Shown one piece after another: positions 62,650 through 64,000 of a stretch of 64,000 nt of DNA. Position 1 is the first letter of the stretch. The number at the start of each line of letters is the position of its first letter. The notes beneath the pieces are model-generated. The model saw only the letters and a program-made list of their open reading frames with translations. It was not told the DNA's origin and ran no database searches. This DNA comes from Phoronis australis (Eukaryota > Animalia > Phoronida): positions 226,876-290,875 of the forward strand of contig NMRA01000450.1 in assembly GCA_002633005.1 (NCBI GenBank). The letters run 5' to 3'. The position numbers and the translations under genes are program-made.

Positions 62650-63905
62650 TTTTTATATGCCCACATCTTTATATGTGGGCACATTATGCTGTCATCACTC
62701 TCTCCGTCCGTTTGTCTGACGTCCGCCACTGTATCTCCAAAACCCCTTATGTATGTTCATGAAATTTTGCAGGTATGTTCCTATCATGGATGGGACGCCA
62801 TGAGCAAATTATCAGATGGATTCAACTACCGTTGTGCCCCTAGATTCAATTTTATTAGTTTTTTATGCTTGCCTCTGTATCTTTGATGTTCCTTAACAGA
62901 TTTTCACGATATGTGTCTGATAGGTATCTATTAGGAAGATGACGTCACCTTCACGTTTTGGAATGGACTTGATGCATTTTGCGTCACCCAGTGGCCGTTT
63001 TTACTCCGCTCCTGAATAGGCCAAACCACTGTAAGAGTGATTATAAAAATTGACATATATGTTGCTGCTGGAAAGAGGACTGCTGACAATGATTTTTGGA
63101 TGGCTCCGACTACAGTGGCTCCTCATATTGGCAGTTTTTTGCATCCATGGCTATATGTGCTAAACCTTCTGCAGGTTCTTTGTTAAATTTGGCGACTTTC
63201 GGACAGATCCCCTTAGTGGCAATTTTTTTCCTTTTCCTCTGTATCTTTGGAGTTCCTGAACGAATTTTTATGAAATTTGGCAAATAGATTTCTAGTTAAG
63301 AGGTGAGGACATCTTTTGGTTTTCAGACGGATTTGGTGTAGTGCACGCTACCTAGTGGCCATTTTATTATTTTTATTCTGTTTTTGGAGGCTGCCTTTCT
63401 GTCAGCCAAATCATGCTTAGGAAGATTATGAAAATTGACATATGTTCTTACTGGGAAGAGGATGGCTTATGAAGATTTTTGGACGGCGCTGACTCCTGTG
63501 ACGCAATTGTATTTGTATGAATATGACAAGGTATGACGATGATGTTGGGACGGATCCTACTTCTGCTGCGCCCCCTAGTGGCAATTTTATTTTTTTTGTT
63601 TTCCTCTGTATCTTTGTAGTTCCTTGATGGATTTTAATGAAATTTAGCAAATAGGTTTCTATTAATGAGGTGATGACACGTATGGATTTGACTTAGTGTT
63701 CGCCTCCTAGTGGTAGTTTTTTATTACGTTTAGTTCTAGCTCATTATTTTTTTGGGGTCCAACTCATCCAAACCACTCTAAGAATTGTTATGAAAATTTA
63801 CGTGTTCCTACTGGGAAGAGTATAGTTGACGATTTTTGGCCAGTTTTTGACTACTGTGGTGTTTTGACTACTGCGGATGCTTGCTTCACATGGGTGTGGA
63901 CTTGT
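62650..63905. mobile_element. second HINE-family copy, opposite orientation to 31328-34860
   Basis: Starts in a T-run with hairpin TGCCCACAT-ctttat-ATGTGGGCA, then a ccgtccgt microsatellite and the same ctagtggc/atgaaattt internal repeats; right end approximate. Confidence 0.75.
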
Positions 63906-64000
63906 CTCATGGTCTGCTAGAGGGCAGTAGTCACTGATCCCTCATAGACAACCAGATTATTTCATAACAATCTCTTATTGACTAAAGGCATTCAAGGGTC

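Overview
AT-rich, intron-rich metazoan (invertebrate-like) nuclear DNA; the species cannot be determined from the sequence. Almost all ORFs in the supplied track are spurious. Two + strand spliced genes can be reconstructed exon by exon with consistent GT-AG phases. (1) A LIM-nebulin-SH3 gene (LASP/LIM-nebulette family) runs from exon 2 at 5264 to the stop at 29541, with a poly(A) signal at 30908; exon 1 lies upstream of the window. Its linker contains four candidate frame-preserving micro/mini-exons (12, 27, 42, 36 nt) and a YREPSPPP tandem repeat broken by an assembly N. (2) The 5' part of cubilin starts at ATG 38948 and covers signal peptide, furin site, amnionless-docking segment, a coiled coil built from four short phase-0 exons, and six EGF-like domains to 62231; it continues beyond the window. 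Introns and the intergenic region hold several MITE families, tRNA-derived SINEs, a LINE 3' end, minisatellites and a three-level transposon nest (MITE > Helentron-type element > hAT element with 5-bp TSD). No CRISPR array, rRNA or true tRNA gene was found. I see no evidence of a wholly new biological system. The best leads are the splice-modular LASP linker and the splice-modular cubilin trimer stalk. Comparisons with vertebrate genes are from memory and need checking.
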